A stretch of DNA of 64,000 bases, from NCBI GenBank assembly GCA_030390025.1, contig CM059432.1, positions 109,184,001 through 109,248,000 of the forward strand. Direction: 5' to 3'. Each line of letters begins with the position of its first letter. Position 1 is the stretch's first letter. Below are positions 35,923 to 48,930 of the stretch, piece by piece. The notes beneath the pieces are model-generated. The model was not told the origin of the DNA. It was given only the letters and a program-made list of their open reading frames with translations, and ran no database searches. The stretch is from Squalus acanthias (Eukaryota). The position numbers were made by a program, and so were the translations under genes.

Positions 35923-38634
35923 TTGAGTCTGAAATTACATACCATCAACGTAGCCAGGGACCATAGACAGTGCAAGATAACTAAAACAGACTGATTTCCT
36001 CAGCTGTATGAGAATGAATATAAAAGACAATACAGGAGTGAGAGGAATAAGATACCTACTCAAGTAGGATGATCACAGGCTGTGGCATGGAAAGCTCTGC
36101 AAAAATAACAAGCAAGATGCTTAAAAAATACTTTCATGCAACGAAGAGAAACTCTTCTTTTGATAATTTATTCCAGTATGAGAAGTAGGTAGTGATTCGC
36201 TGCAGCAATTCTCTCCATTGTGTCACTGCTGGGGAGGTCGGGGGTGTGGAACACTGCTTCAGGTGCTGCTGCTGTCACTGCATCAGCATTTGACACTGTA
36301 CCAAGTCCCTAATACGTACCACACATGCACAGCCCAGACAACTCAGAGTTGGTTGTTATCTGCTGCATTATGTAATACAGTCCCCACCGTTTATAGTGGA
36401 CGTGTTGGTATTTATGTGATTTGCTCACTATACGGAGTAGAGGCAATACCAAAAAGGTAAGTAACCAACATATTTTTTAATAAAACATGAAATCTCACTT
36501 AGAAATTGCCTCTCCTAATTGTTAACAGTTGCATTCAGATTCTCTTCACTAAGGTAATCGCACTTTAACCAGGTGCGAACAGCTCATTAAAACTGCTTGA
36601 AGAACCGACAGTGCCTGAAATCAGTGGAGCTTTTTAAATTGTTAAGTACAGGATACGTACTTACTGAACTGCCTGAAATAGTTGGCGCATTTAATACATT
36701 ATAAGTGACACCTTTGTAATTGACTCCTATGGTAATGGGAAATGGTTAGCGCCATTTGCTTAATATAGGTGGCTGCACGTGATAAGTGTGGACGGTGTAA
36801 GTGGTGGGTGCTGTAGCTAAAAAATGAGCAACATAAAGTTTTGAGAAACTGCAGGCAGCAACTCCTTTATCATTATTAATGAAATTATGTGGAGTACGAC
36901 ACCTGTATGTTTATCTAAGTTGATTTAATATTGAGCGGTCAATACTCCATTTTTGCCAATGCTAACTAAGGTTGGAGCCAGCTCATTAACCTGTATACTT
37001 CTTCTGAGCCCCGGTCTAGAAATGCAAAAATCTGATTGATCATTTGGTAAAAAAGGAAGAATTTGCATTTCTATGGCAACTTCCAAATAATCAGGTCGGT
37101 CCAAAATGCTTCACAGCCCTTGAATTACTTTTGATTGGCAGTTGCTGTTTTCTAGGCAAATGTGACAGCCAATTTGTTCAGAGCAAGATCCTGCTCACAC
37201 ACAACAGATGGAATGAATGAACAATTCATCTGTTTTTGGTGATGGTTATCTTTCAAATGCTTTAAATTTGATCCTAAAATTAGATCTTAAATACACTGCA
37301 GTATACAGCTATGAAAACTGTTTTCACTTGGACTTAGTTCAGTTAGGTTCTGCCTCTCATTATTTACTAAGTGATGGAGAATAATGAACTTCCACACAGG
37401 TTGTCCTGCCAGTTCTTCGTTGTGCATCTTGAAACAAATGCAGTCAGGTACCAGCCAACCCAATGACCCCGTTCATCTTTATCTAGAGCCAAGACTAGCA
37501 GTCTCTCCAGCAACACCAAAAAGCCGACAAACAACCTCTTCACTCACCCTAATGGATTCTGCTCTTGATGATCCATGAAAAACTCTGTCCTTTTAGACAT
37601 TTTGTATTTCTGATGTACTCCTTTTAGAATGGGAAAGTGCTTTTCCTGCATTTTAGGATCAGTGTTATGAGGGATCACAGTATGGGGCATTGAAAATGCA
37701 GTTTAAAATGGCTTTGCTCAATAATTCTCCATAATGTTGCATTGATTGTTGCTGCATACAGAACACCAGCTTGTACACCACAGGATTCCTTGACTGCTCT
37801 GACCCTCCCTACTGTTTTGTCTTACCAGGTACTTCAGTGCAGAAAATTACTCCACTTATTCAATCTTGTCAAAGAGATCGCTATTTAAATGTGTCGCTTT
37901 ACACATTTGTACATTGATGATAAGCTCCTCTCTCCAGACAGACCATCAGTGCTGTGTAAATTAAATGTCTTTCAAAGACTTTAGCCAGTTTGAGGTGGTG
38001 GACACGAGTAAAAGAAATAGGATAGTTTTTAAACAGGCATGTAAAATATAATAAAGAGCTTGATGGTACGAAGGAGATTATATAAGATCATACACTGATG
38101 TCTTGCACACAATGTATGTGCAGCAGTAAAACAGGGGTGGATAGTGCATTGGCTCATTCCCACAATCACCCATGTGATAAGCTCCCAAACTCAGCTGCGC
38201 TGTTGAGAAAAGTGGGGTAGATTTTGACTATCGGGTGGCCAGCACTCTATTTTGAGGGCCAGGCCTCAGTACCATACCCTTGGTGAGCTACGGGTAGAAA
38301 ATGGGCACCCCAGGGCAGCCCATCGGCTCAGGGCTGGAGCAATTGCAGGCCGCTTGGAGGCCAGCCCGGCCGGGGGAGGGGGGGTGGTCAATTCACAGGG
38401 GACAGAGAACCCAGTACAGCAGTGACCCAGGTTATTTTTGTGGAGCATTCCTGCTCCTCCTGGCCCCACGAAATTCATTTGAAAACTTGCCTTTTTGGTC
38501 CTCTTCGGCTGTACTGCCGGGTAAAATTGGGCGGGGCTGGTACTAAGCTATCTCCTAAAATGACAATTGGGGTCAAAGGACCCTGCTTTGCATAATAAAA
38601 GGACCTACCAGGCAGATGCTCCAGCCGCCTGGCA

Positions 38635-38775
38635 ATAGGAATATTGGAACAGGAGTAGGCCATTCAGCCCTTTGAGCCTGTTCCGCCATTCAATCAGATC
38701 ATGGCTGATCTGTGCCTCAACTCCATATACCCGCCTTTGAGCCATATCCCTTGATATGCTTACCTAACAAATGTC
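38635..38775 (-). mobile_element. CR1 3' end fragment nested in a Harbinger-type element starting ~38214
   Basis: GGAACAGGAGTAGGCCATTCAGCCC..CATGGCTGATCT; upstream terminus GGGGTAGATTTTGAC. Confidence 0.6.
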
Positions 38776-39023
38776 TTTGTGTTTCATGTTTCATGGCCCT
38801 TTGAAGATGGTGGTGGCCGGAGTGCCAGTATAAATGGGGTGGTAAACGTTTTTCAGGCTGCTACCACAACAACTGCGCTGGGCGGCCTAACTTTAAACCT
38901 GCCCTATATAACTGTATTATTCCTTCCTCTGTTCCCGTTCCTTTGCTGTGCTCAAAACTATCTCAATGTAATTTAAAAGTTAGCTGCTGCCCTTTTTTCT
39001 CATCAGTGTTTCATGTGGATATT

Positions 39024-39776
39024 GGCCCAGAAATTAAACACGGAGCGTTCCTGCGGGGGTAAGGCTTCCCCGCGATATCTCACTGCGCGCCTACCTTTTC
39101 CCTCCGGGCTCACATGAACTTTAGTTTCAAGGCCAGTCCCACATGCAGCTGTGCAGTGCTTGCGTGACCCACAGACGCAGTTAGTTCGTGTGAGCTCTGG
39201 GATCACGTGATTCAGTTAGAGCCAATGGCAGCACACCATCTTTCATTCATAGTTTTGACAGGATAACTGTCAAAGCTATGAATACAACTTACCCCCAAAA
39301 GAACAGCTAAACCTCAATTAAATTTTAAAAAAAACCATCACATTAATAAAATAACTATAGTTAAATAAATTAACCACTTTAAACAAAAATTTTAATTTTT
39401 GAAATTTTTTAAAATCTTTTTAAAAGTTATAAAAATAAACTTACCTTTCTTTAAAGTCTCTAAAAAAGATAAACCTGTTGAAAAAAATTTAAAATAATAC
39501 TTAATTAACTACTTACCTTGTTTAAAGAGGGTCTTACGCCTCCTTTCTTTATGTGTAAAATCTTCCATGCTTACCTGCGCGTTCAAAGCACTAAGTGCAC
39601 TGCGTGTGCACAGCCTGTAGCGCGCACGCGGTTCACTTAGGAACCGCCCCCTTTTGAGTTCACGAAGTGCCAGTTTCCCGCGCATGCGCAGTGCATGCTG
39701 GAAACCGGCAATTGGAGACTTAAAACGCGAGAGTACACAGTGCGTACTCTCGCGTATTAGGTCTAATTTTCGGGCC
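39024..39776. mobile_element. Harbinger-type non-autonomous element (~750 bp)
   Basis: TIRs GGCCCAGAAATTA and TAATTTTCGGGCC, ATT TSD on both sides. CpG-rich subterminal regions, AT-rich centre. Confidence 0.75.
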
Positions 39777-40742
39777 ATTGTAATTTTTACTCTTCCCCAC
39801 CCCCCTCCCCTTCCTGTCAGCCTCCCACAGGCTTACTGTTGATCAGGACAATGGGATGATCAGGACAATCTCAATGCAAGCCCTTAACACCAGGATGAGT
39901 GCTTGTAATAAACAGTATGGTTTGGGATTCAGACTGTCCACATTCAAAGGTCATGAGCAGGTAGAGGCTCCCTGCAACTTTGGGTACCATGGATAGAGTT
40001 TCACTTGATATCTCCCTTTATGAAAATCAGAAGATCCTTCCCTCCTGAATCAACCATATATTGTAAAAATTGGCATGTACCACAAGAACCCATGGAAATC
40101 AGAGGATGTAACAACCCTACCTAAAGACTGAGAGCTGGATATGTACGCATTATACTTAGAAGGAAACCAGAAGGCAAGAAGCATGGTGATTAGACTCCCA
40201 CAGAAGTTGGAGGGATGTGGCCACCAATTTCCAGGAGCATCAGAGGCTTGGACACATACCTGGAGGAAAATTTACCAAAGCGACAGTCAGTCCCTTGCTG
40301 CCACAAGACCAGAGGTCCATGAAACATGGAACACAAAGACATCTGACACAATTGAACAAAATAGTGTTCTGTGCGCATGATGGGCAAACAATGCTAAGCT
40401 TCTCCTATGGGTGTACAAAGCAGCAGGTTCTAACAGGGCTGCTTCACACAAAGGGTCCAAACAGGGCTAGAATTTTCAATCTCAGGGTTCTTTAGGGCAA
40501 GTGATAAAGCACCCGTCTTGTTGTCGGTGTCCCAGTGCTGCTTGTCACTCAAATCCACCAGCTGAGCTTCATATTCCAATAAGGATAGCTAGATGGAATG
40601 CTCTGCTGTGGTGGAGGAAGAGAGAACCTGGTGTGCACTGCTCAGATTGACCAGATGTTGGCAAGTCCTGGAGCAACAATGGTGGTGATCATCAGCCCAG
40701 AATAGAATTTATAGGTAGTAGTGAGCAGCCAGAAGATCCCGA

Positions 40743-40862
40743 GGGTGAAATTGGTCTTTGCCAGGAACATGAATAATGGAAAAGAAAATTGTGCATAGTG
40801 TAAAATGGGCTGCCAATTCATATGAGCTCGTTTTGCGCTATTGGTGAAGATCAGTTTCACTC
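40743..40862. mobile_element. Small MITE related to 4732-4905 and 33107-33229
   Basis: Inverted termini GGGTGAAATTGGTCTT and AAGATCAGTTTCACTC; internal GTGTAAAATGGGCTGCC. Confidence 0.55.
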
Positions 40863-40909
40863 CGAACAAGTTTGAGGCACAGTGCTTGGTCACCTGTAGC
40901 TTAAATTCA

Positions 40910-41455
40910 CTGAAGGGATGTACTGCCCATTGGGTGCTGAAGGGTTGTACCTGTCCATTGGGTGCTGAAGGGATGTACCTGTCCATTGGGTGCTGAAGGG
41001 TTGTACCTGTCCATTGGGTGCTGAAGGGATGTACCTGTCCATTGGGTGCTGAAGGGATGTACCTGTCCATTGGGTGCTGAAGGGTTGTACCTGTCCATTG
41101 GGTGCTGAAGGGATGTACCTGTCCATTGGGTGCTGAAGGGATGTACCTGTCCATTGGGTGCTGAAGGGATGTACCTGTCCATTGGGTGCTGAAGGGTTGT
41201 ACTGCCCATTGGGTGCTGAAGAGATGTATCTGCGTATTAAGTGCTGAAGGGATATATCTGCCTATTAGGTGCTGAAGGGATATATCTGCCCACTAGGTAT
41301 CTGTCCATTTGGTGTTGAAGTGATATATATGCCTATTAGAAGCTGAAGGGACATACCTAGCCATTGGATGCTGATGAATGTATCTACCCATTGGGTACTG
41401 AAGGGATGTATCTGCCCATTAGGTGCTGAATGGTGTATCTGCCCATTCAGTGCTC
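40910..41455 (+). repeat. 28-bp minisatellite CTGAAGGGATGTACCTGTCCATTGGGTG
   Basis: About 11 near-perfect copies to ~41220, then degenerate copies. Confidence 0.95.
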
Positions 41456-41874
41456 TCAGGAATTGGAGATGGTCATCAAAACTAGATAAGGGTGTGCAGC
41501 TTATTGCGTTGACTGATTAAGATGTGCTGGTGTCAGCACCGATGCTGTGTGTATCACAGTGTCTCCAGGTACTGATTGAGTTACCTATTTTCTGCACATA
41601 TTCTGAAGTTGGAATTTCTTTAAAGAAAATGATTCCCCCAAATGTTTTGGTGCATGAAGGCCAACTTTCCAGGTTGCGCTAGCAGCAAGGAGCCTCAGCT
41701 ACATGTATCAGGAAGTCATGGACCCACTGCCCACAATTTCCATCTGTTAACTTTAATGCCGAGGAAACAATAGGCAGTGCCCACTATTTCCTCATATGCG
41801 TGGCTGATGGGAAAAGGCTCTTCGTCGCTACCATGATCTCATAAATTTAGCCTTTATGAATTTAACATCATGAA

Positions 41875-42160
41875 AAAAAGAAAGACTTGCATTTATATAG
41901 CACCTTTCACGACCACCGGACGTCCCAAAGTGCTTTACAGCCAATGAAGTACATTTGATGCAAAACATTTTCTGTATAAGAACATAAGAATTAGGAGCAG
42001 GAGTAGGCCATATGGCCCTTCGAGCCTGCTCCGTCATTCAATAAGATCATGGCTGATCTTCGACCTCAACTCCACTTTCCCGCCCGATCCCCATATCCAT
42101 TGATTCCCCATGAGTCCAAAAATCTATCTATCTCAGCCTTGAATATACTCAACGACTCAG
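41875..42160 (-). mobile_element. DeuSINE 3' end (41875-41952) adjacent to a CR1 3' end (41976-42160)
   Basis: AAGAAAGACTTGCATTTATATAGCACC..; then ATAAGAACATAAGAATTAGGAGCAGGAGTAGGCC. Confidence 0.7.
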
Positions 42161-42707
42161 TGTGGTACCTACACTAAACGTGTTTAGTGTGAGACTAGAG
42201 TTAAGACCTATCCTGAATCCTGGATGAAGCAGACTGAGATTCCCTCCTCAAGAGAGTCTCCTTCTGCTTTGCCCCAGGTCAGTTTCTGACTCCAGATTTA
42301 GGCTGCATTACAGAATAACTACAGCTAAAGCTGCAACCCTTTAAGGATTTAAAATATATAAATCTACTTTATGGTGCCTGTACCTCAGACAGCAGTGGAT
42401 TATTTATCAGCACGGTGGTCACAGCAGGTGAATCAATTAACTGGTGGCACATTATGCCATGAGCAAACTCTCCTTCCCCAAAGCAAACCCGACAAATAGA
42501 AAGGACAGGATAAGTACGTTTATTTTCACTGTGCCAAATGCACTTGTACTTGCAGTGCAAGGTAAATGTAGCAGAATTGAGCCCATGTGTTTAAGTATTA
42601 CCTGCTTCGTTCAGGTCCTGCACAGCCAACTGCAATTTAGCTCAACATGTGGGATGCATTTGTTGTTTTAGCTTCTTGTAGCAGTATTCAGCTGTACTTA
42701 GCTAATG

Positions 42708-42899
42708 TCAGCTGTGGCTCAGTTGGTAGCACATTCACCTCTGAGTCAGAAGGTTGTGGGTTCACAGTCCCACTCCAGAGACTTGAGCACATAAAGCTAG
42801 GCTGACACTCTAGTGCAGGACTGAGGGAGTGCTGCACCGTCAGAGGTGCCGTCTTTTGGATGAGACATTAAACCGAGGCTCTGTCTGCTCTCTCAGGTG
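42708..42899 (+). mobile_element. DeuSINE 5' half (tRNA head plus start of the Deu domain), truncated at a Harbinger relic
   Basis: A box GTGGCTCAGTTGGTAGC, B box GGTTCACAGTCC, then TTAAACCGAGG..CTCTCAGGTG. Confidence 0.78.
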
Positions 42900-45292
42900 C
42901 TCACCACATCCCCATAATTCCATCCCTGTCGCAGGCCATATAACAGTGCAAAGCTTAAATGAGACACACCACAAAAGAATCCAAACTGAATTAATAAATT
43001 TATCAAAAATCAGTGAACACATATTTACAAAAAAATATTAACTATTCACCCTTGTGCAATCCCTCAGTACCCGTTGTTACAGTGCCTTTGCCTACTCTAG
43101 TGTTCCTACAAAGTGTTGACCCAGTGGCTGCAGCAGGACTGGTGGAAGGCTGCTGAGTGTCTGTGTGGGAAACTTCAGATGGCCTTGCAGGATGCCCTCG
43201 ACCAGCTCTGGGCCTGGAAGGCCCGGCTGTAGACTGCAACACCTCAGCGTGGGCGGCAGCAGTCTGGGCTGGCTGGATGACAGGCAGCGACAAGGGCAAT
43301 GGCAGGAGTGCCAGTGGTAGGAGCAGGAATGCTGTCATCCTGAGAGAGGACAACAGCTTCCTGCTCCACTGACCCACTGCCACTCCCCCCGGGCAGCACC
43401 TCAGCACCCCTAGCAATCTGTTGGAGCACAGATTGCTGGCCTGCTGTGACACCGTGAAATCCCGGGTCGACGGTGGTAAACCAAGCCATGATGGCAGCAG
43501 TCAGAGCTTGCGTGGCATCAAGCTGAGACTGCATGAGAGCAGTCTGAGATTGGATGCCACCAAGCATAGACTGCATTACAGCACTAAGACGTTGCATCGC
43601 TTCAACCCGTACTGCAATGGAAGCTGTGACATCGCCCATCACATGCTGCATCAGGTCTGGGTCGCCACGGTCTCTTTGGTTGCAAACTGCAAATGATGGG
43701 CTCCATGGTGTGCGCAGAACCTTGTGCAATGTTGGAGGCGGACTCCTCCACGCTCCTTACCATTGCTGAGAGGCTCTCGGGCACCCTTGCCATTGCACCT
43801 ATCATCTCCCTATGCATGCCCATCACCCTTCTTCTAAATGCCTCCCTATCGAGGTCCTCATCTCAGTCCTGTGCAGCAGAACTCATGTGCGAAGTCACCC
43901 TCCATGGAGCTGGCCCCCAAGCTACCCTTTCCCCCTGGCCTTGCTGCAGCCCACTCGTTCCCGGTGCCTCATCCTGTGCAGATCCCGCTACTATACTAGC
44001 CTCTAAAGAATGCGTAGTGCCATTATCTGAGCTGGTGCCTGTGGGTGAGACATGCAGTGGCCCAGTGTGTTCTTCCTCCTCCTCTTCTCCCGCCTCGCTC
44101 TCAGTGCTGCCCTCAGGGATAGTCTGCTCAGGTACTTGTTGATTATCTGAAAGCCTAAAGGCACAAGAGTCGGGTTAAGATCAGGGGATGGGGGCAGGAA
44201 GGGAGAAATGCAGGCATACAGCATGATTAACTGCAAAATGTGAAACACTTGTGGGGTGAGGGGGAAGTGGGATGTGAGAAGGAGGAGTAGGGATGAACAT
44301 AATGTTGTTGTCCCCAAGGGGGTCAACGTCGCCGGTGGCCACACGCCCACCACCTGACGCCCAATGATCTCCAACACTCTATTCTCCAGCACAGACAGTG
44401 GTTGGGTGTCAGGTTGTCCCCCGCCTGTGCGCTCCTGCTCCCTCCTGTTGTGAGCCACCTTGGCCTGCAAGACAAAGGAAAGCGTGTAAGTGAGTGTGGA
44501 GCAATGTGTTTGGGTGATGTGCCTGCCATCGTTGAATAGCTGCCATTGTCTGCAAGGTGTGAAATGTGGGTGTGAGTGTTGGTAGGTAGAGATTGTTGGT
44601 GGGTGAGTGCTGGGGGTGTGGTGCTTTGGGCAGTGTGTGAAGACTGAGGTTCAGATGGTGGTATGTAGCATTTGTTGAAGCATTTACTCACCCTGACCAC
44701 CCGAGTGAGGTCGTTAAATTTTGTCCTGCACTGTGTGTGGGTCCTGAGGACCACAGTGCTGCCTGAGACATGCTGCGCTACCTCCCTCCACATGGTGCGG
44801 AAGACTTGCGGCGAGGACCTCCTGCCACTTGCTGGGTAGAGCACCGTCCTCCGTCTCTCCACAGGGAACACCAATGCCTCCAATGCTTGATCGCAGAATC
44901 TGCAGGCTCTCTCCCTGGGCGTGGTTCTACCATGAGTACAGCTGCTTCAGTCCTCCGGCTCCTCCTCTTTGTCCTGCTTCTGTTTGCTGAGGCAGCTGCA
45001 CAGCCAGCAATGCTGAGAATGAGGTTCTGCAGCATCAATGAACCTCCCCTTTAAATACTGAAAAAAGTCTGTGGCAATCATGACTTGCGATTAGACTGCA
45101 CCTGATATTGGTCCACCCTTTGAGTGTAATGCCAATGAGCTTGGGCTTTAAGACTTGAATTAGGACGCCAATCATTTTTTTGAGCGGTGAGCACGAATTT
45201 TGTGTGCAGTCTAAAGCATTTGCACCTGGCACTAATTCTCCAACCTTTCTAATGACACCACCCATTCCTGGGCTAGAATGAATTTCTAGACC
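42900..45292 (-). mobile_element. Second PIF/Harbinger relic with a frameshifted, spliced Myb/SANT-like gene
   Basis: Exon ~44933-44692 encodes ..LEALV..RRRTVLY..WREVA..RTHTQCRTKFNDLTRVVR followed by a GTGAGT donor. The exon from 44464 reads AKVAHNRREQERTGGG..LENRVLEIIG. Upstream TATTTAAAGGGG and a TIR-like end GGTCTAGAAATTC at 45292. Confidence 0.75.
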
Positions 45293-45316
45293 ACAGTGTT
45301 TTATTGTGAAGATTAA

Positions 45317-46035
45317 GGGCTCGATTTTGCCAGGCCCGAGGAGGCGGGAATGGAGGCGTGTGGGGTGATAAAATTGCAAAAAATGGTGGGCGGGCCCGAC
45401 CCCGCCTTCAGCCCGCCTCCGAGCAATTTTCCCAAATGCGTGGTTTCTGATCCCATCTCCGTCCCGCCTCCAAGAGGCGGGATAGGCCCTTAAGGCCCTC
45501 AACAACCACCTAATTGCCTCTATAATCCCATTTTGAGAGGCCTTTCTGATTTTAACACTTTTCCGACGTGATGCACGCCTCCTCTGAAACACGACGGTGA
45601 AACCTGGCGGTAGCACACTTGGATTGCTGACTATCAGCTGCAGCTCCACCATTAAAAAGGAGATTTGATCAATCATCATTCTGGGGGAACTTTTAGCAGG
45701 CATAACCATTGTTGTGGAAGTTTGGAGTGGTGGTGGTGGTGGAGGAAAACAAATCTGGGAGCAGACTTAGGTCTCCTGCTGCTCATTCTGCCTCCAACTC
45801 CCTCTCACAGCAAAGGCCAAAAGGTCGGCAGTCTTTGCAGACCTTAAATGCAGCAGCAATGATGACATCATCAGAAGCGACTTTCAGACTGAAAAAACTA
45901 ATTGGGTCATGCTGGAACTCAATTGCCCAATTAGGGGAAAATCAAATAATTCTCCCACATCCAATTGGAGTCGGGTGGCTAACACAAAAAGCGGATGACA
46001 CGACTCCAACCCGCCCCAATGACAAAATCCAGCCC
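45317..46035. mobile_element. PIF/Harbinger non-autonomous element
   Basis: TIRs GGGCTCGATTTTG and CAAAATCCAGCCC with the canonical TAA TSD (45314-45316, 46036-46038). Confidence 0.8.
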
Positions 46036-47792
46036 TAACTGTTTGCACCAGTTCAGAGTTTGGGAGGTGTTTGTATTGTCTAGTCTTGTTAGAAACACCC
46101 TGCTTTGTTGGATTAGATAATATCACCAGATTTCAATGATTACAGGGTTGTTTACAGGGAAGCAGGTTGGATATGGAAGGATGGTCAATGATATAGTACA
46201 CAGATTGGAAAGAAAAAAATCAGCTCCAAATGCTCAAAGCAGTTAATATTTTGATGAGCATTGCAGGAGGACTGTCTGCAGTATAACTCTTGTCTCTTAG
46301 GATTTCTTTCAATTTCAAAAACTCAAAAAACAGTCACTGGACTGTGTGTACTGCTTTGATATTAAGCACACACTCCTCTGTGTACTCCTCTGATATTAAG
46401 CACATTGATAATCAAAATTGGGCACGGTTCTCCATGTAAGGCCCTAATGCCTTTTACAACAAACAACAAAATTGCTGAAAATGTACAGCGGGTCAGGCAG
46501 CATCTAAATGAGGATAGATTAACCTTTTTGGTCTTAACCATTCATCAAAACAGATGAAAGACCATACAGTAACAAAAACATTTATTTCTATTTATACTGT
46601 ATTAATTTGCCCCATACCTTCTTTGTGTTTTTCACCTCTGTCATACACTGAACTGATGGTTACAACATTTCCCACAATAACCACCCAGTGGAATCAATTT
46701 TGACCAAGGGTGACTCTCTGCGCTGGTTGGCCACCTGTTCCGATGGCAGGCCAGCTACCAAACAGGCATGCAGCTCACCGGATTGCGGCCACGAGTAAGG
46801 TAAGTTGCAGGGGAGGATGTCCCAGAGGGCGGGGATCCCGGGCGGTAGCTGGCCAGATTATTCTTGTGGGCCTCAGAGGAGCATTACTGCTCCTCTACTG
46901 CTCCACTGGACCCACAACCTTTGGCAGGCCTCTTCGGTTCCATCGCTAGCATTGCCAACTCACTAGGAATTGATGATTAATCTTCTGGACACTGCGGTGA
47001 GCAACCCGGGAGAAAAATCATAGGGACCTTGAAAAAAATGGACTTCATTTTTTAAAAAACATTTTTGTTTATTAGTTATAAAAATATTGGAGGTGGGAAA
47101 AAAGACTGTTTGACCGGGCGAGGCAGTTGCAGGCTGGAGGTCATGTGATGAAACCTCCAGGAATATGTCCAACCAGAGTTGGCAGCCCTGTCCATCGCCC
47201 GCCCCGTCCCGACCTAAAATGGTAATCAGGGTCCTATGACGTTCCATATTAAAAGGGGCCTATCACCTGAAACAGGCGGGCGCATTGGGCACCCAGTGGT
47301 AAGCCCTTTTCAAAATGGAACCGGCCACATCGCTGGTGTTACCGACCCCATTTTGAGGTCATTACCGAACCATTAATGCCAAGTGAAGGCAGTGACAACC
47401 AACTCTAGTAACTTATCTGATCAGGTGATGGGTGGCTAAGCTTGTTGCCTTCTAGCTACACTAAAGTCTGCAGCTCTCGGACTTGAGGGAAGAAATGGTT
47501 CCATCCCAGGGGAGCGACTGAGATAGGGACAGTAAAGGTTTTGTTGAGGACAAGAGAATCAAAGGCAGAGATGAGGGAGTGGTTGAGCAAATCAACAGCT
47601 CAAGAAATATCATGGCAAAAGGAGGGCCATATTCTAGGCAGTTTGGGGGTTTGCATGAACCCAGAGCAAGAAAGAGCAAATTATCTATTGCCCATATATA
47701 TCTATAGGAGAAATGAAAATGTGTCAAGGAAACCATTTGTGAAAGATGTACTTTAAAATAAAATTTAATGCATTACAATTTTCTGACTCTCT

Positions 47793-48390
47793 GGCCCCGA
47801 TTTTAAATCCAGGCAGGTTTTAGGTGGGTGGACGCTGCACCAGAAATGAGGCATGGGCTATTTTAACTTCTGAGCCTCATTTAAATCCCGCCAGCTGATT
47901 TAATCCCCGGAATGGGAACATCGCATGGCTCAGAGTCCGCAGGCGACACAAGGTGGTGGGGCGGCATCCGGAGCCATCTCATGGGGGGGTTACATTCGGG
48001 AAGGAGGGGGAATGTGGGGCAGGGAGACCTAAGCTTTTCTTGAGGGGCCCAGAGCAGTGTGCCTACTTACCTGTTTGGACCTCTTCTGGCCTCAGCGCCT
48101 CTTCCCACTGTCTTCACCTGGCGGGAAAACCACAGCAGCTCCCTCCCTCAGTCCGCCAGTTAAAATTGCAGTTGAGTCCAGATGATGTCATTGGGACCCA
48201 ACATGGCATATGTAAAGAAGGGGCCCGCCAGGTTTGGGTGGTTGTCCTTGCTGCCTGCACGGTAGAGCAAGTTAAAATCCCAAATGGTGAAATCTTGTCG
48301 GCTTTCTGGTGGGTAAGAAAACTGGTGCAAATTTAACAGCAATCCCCTCATGTCAGGTTTCCGTCAGGTAAGTAGGGTTAAAATTGCCCC
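47793..48390. mobile_element. Harbinger-type non-autonomous element
   Basis: Termini GGCCCCGATTTTAA and TTAAAATTGCCCC; interior similar to 33779 and 38214. Confidence 0.55.
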
Positions 48391-48863
48391 AATGTGCATT
48401 GTAAAACTGCTTCCTTTATAATGTCAGTTTCCCCTACCTTGCACAGAGCACTGCCCTTTGCACCCCCACCCGCCCCCGCACTTAGAGCAGGGATGTCCAA
48501 TATGCACCTGCAGACCACATGAGGCCCCCAAACCCTATCAATCCGGCCCTCAGAGCCCAGTTAACCAAGTCATACTTACACATACTTATTTGCTGATTTT
48601 CTCTATTTGAATTTTGTGGGCCAGGAGGTTTGGAATGGGCTCTTCTTAGCACTGTTGCCTCATTGATGGATAAATCTTAAACCAGAACACCGAGATCGCT
48701 GCAAATTAATGGGCACCAAGAATCTAATTTTATATGTGGCCCTGTGGCACCATGATGCCCATCTTTAGGGTCTTTTAAAACCAAAAACTTGGGAACTCAT
48801 TTCTTAGGGGTAAAACACCCTTTGAGTAAAGTGCGATCATTGGAGAATTTAACAATTGTCTGT

Positions 48864-48930
48864 GGGGTACTTTTAACTTTCGCCGATGGTTTAAAATCGG
48901 CGACATCGGATCGACCGTCCGTTAGACACC
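48864..48930 (+). mobile_element. Left arm of a palindromic MITE running directly into satellite array 2
   Basis: GGGGTACTTTTAACTTTCGCCGATGGTTTAAAATCGGCGACATCGGATCGACCGTCCGTTAGACAC is colinear with 4732-4798. Confidence 0.78.

Noticed and set aside
40910..41455. 28-bp repeats as a CRISPR array
   Set aside because: The repeats are head-to-tail with no unique spacers, there are no cas genes, and the context is a vertebrate intron.
42708..42780. tRNA gene
   Set aside because: The A/B boxes continue into a SINE body also found at 13645 and 35605, and there is no complete cloverleaf.
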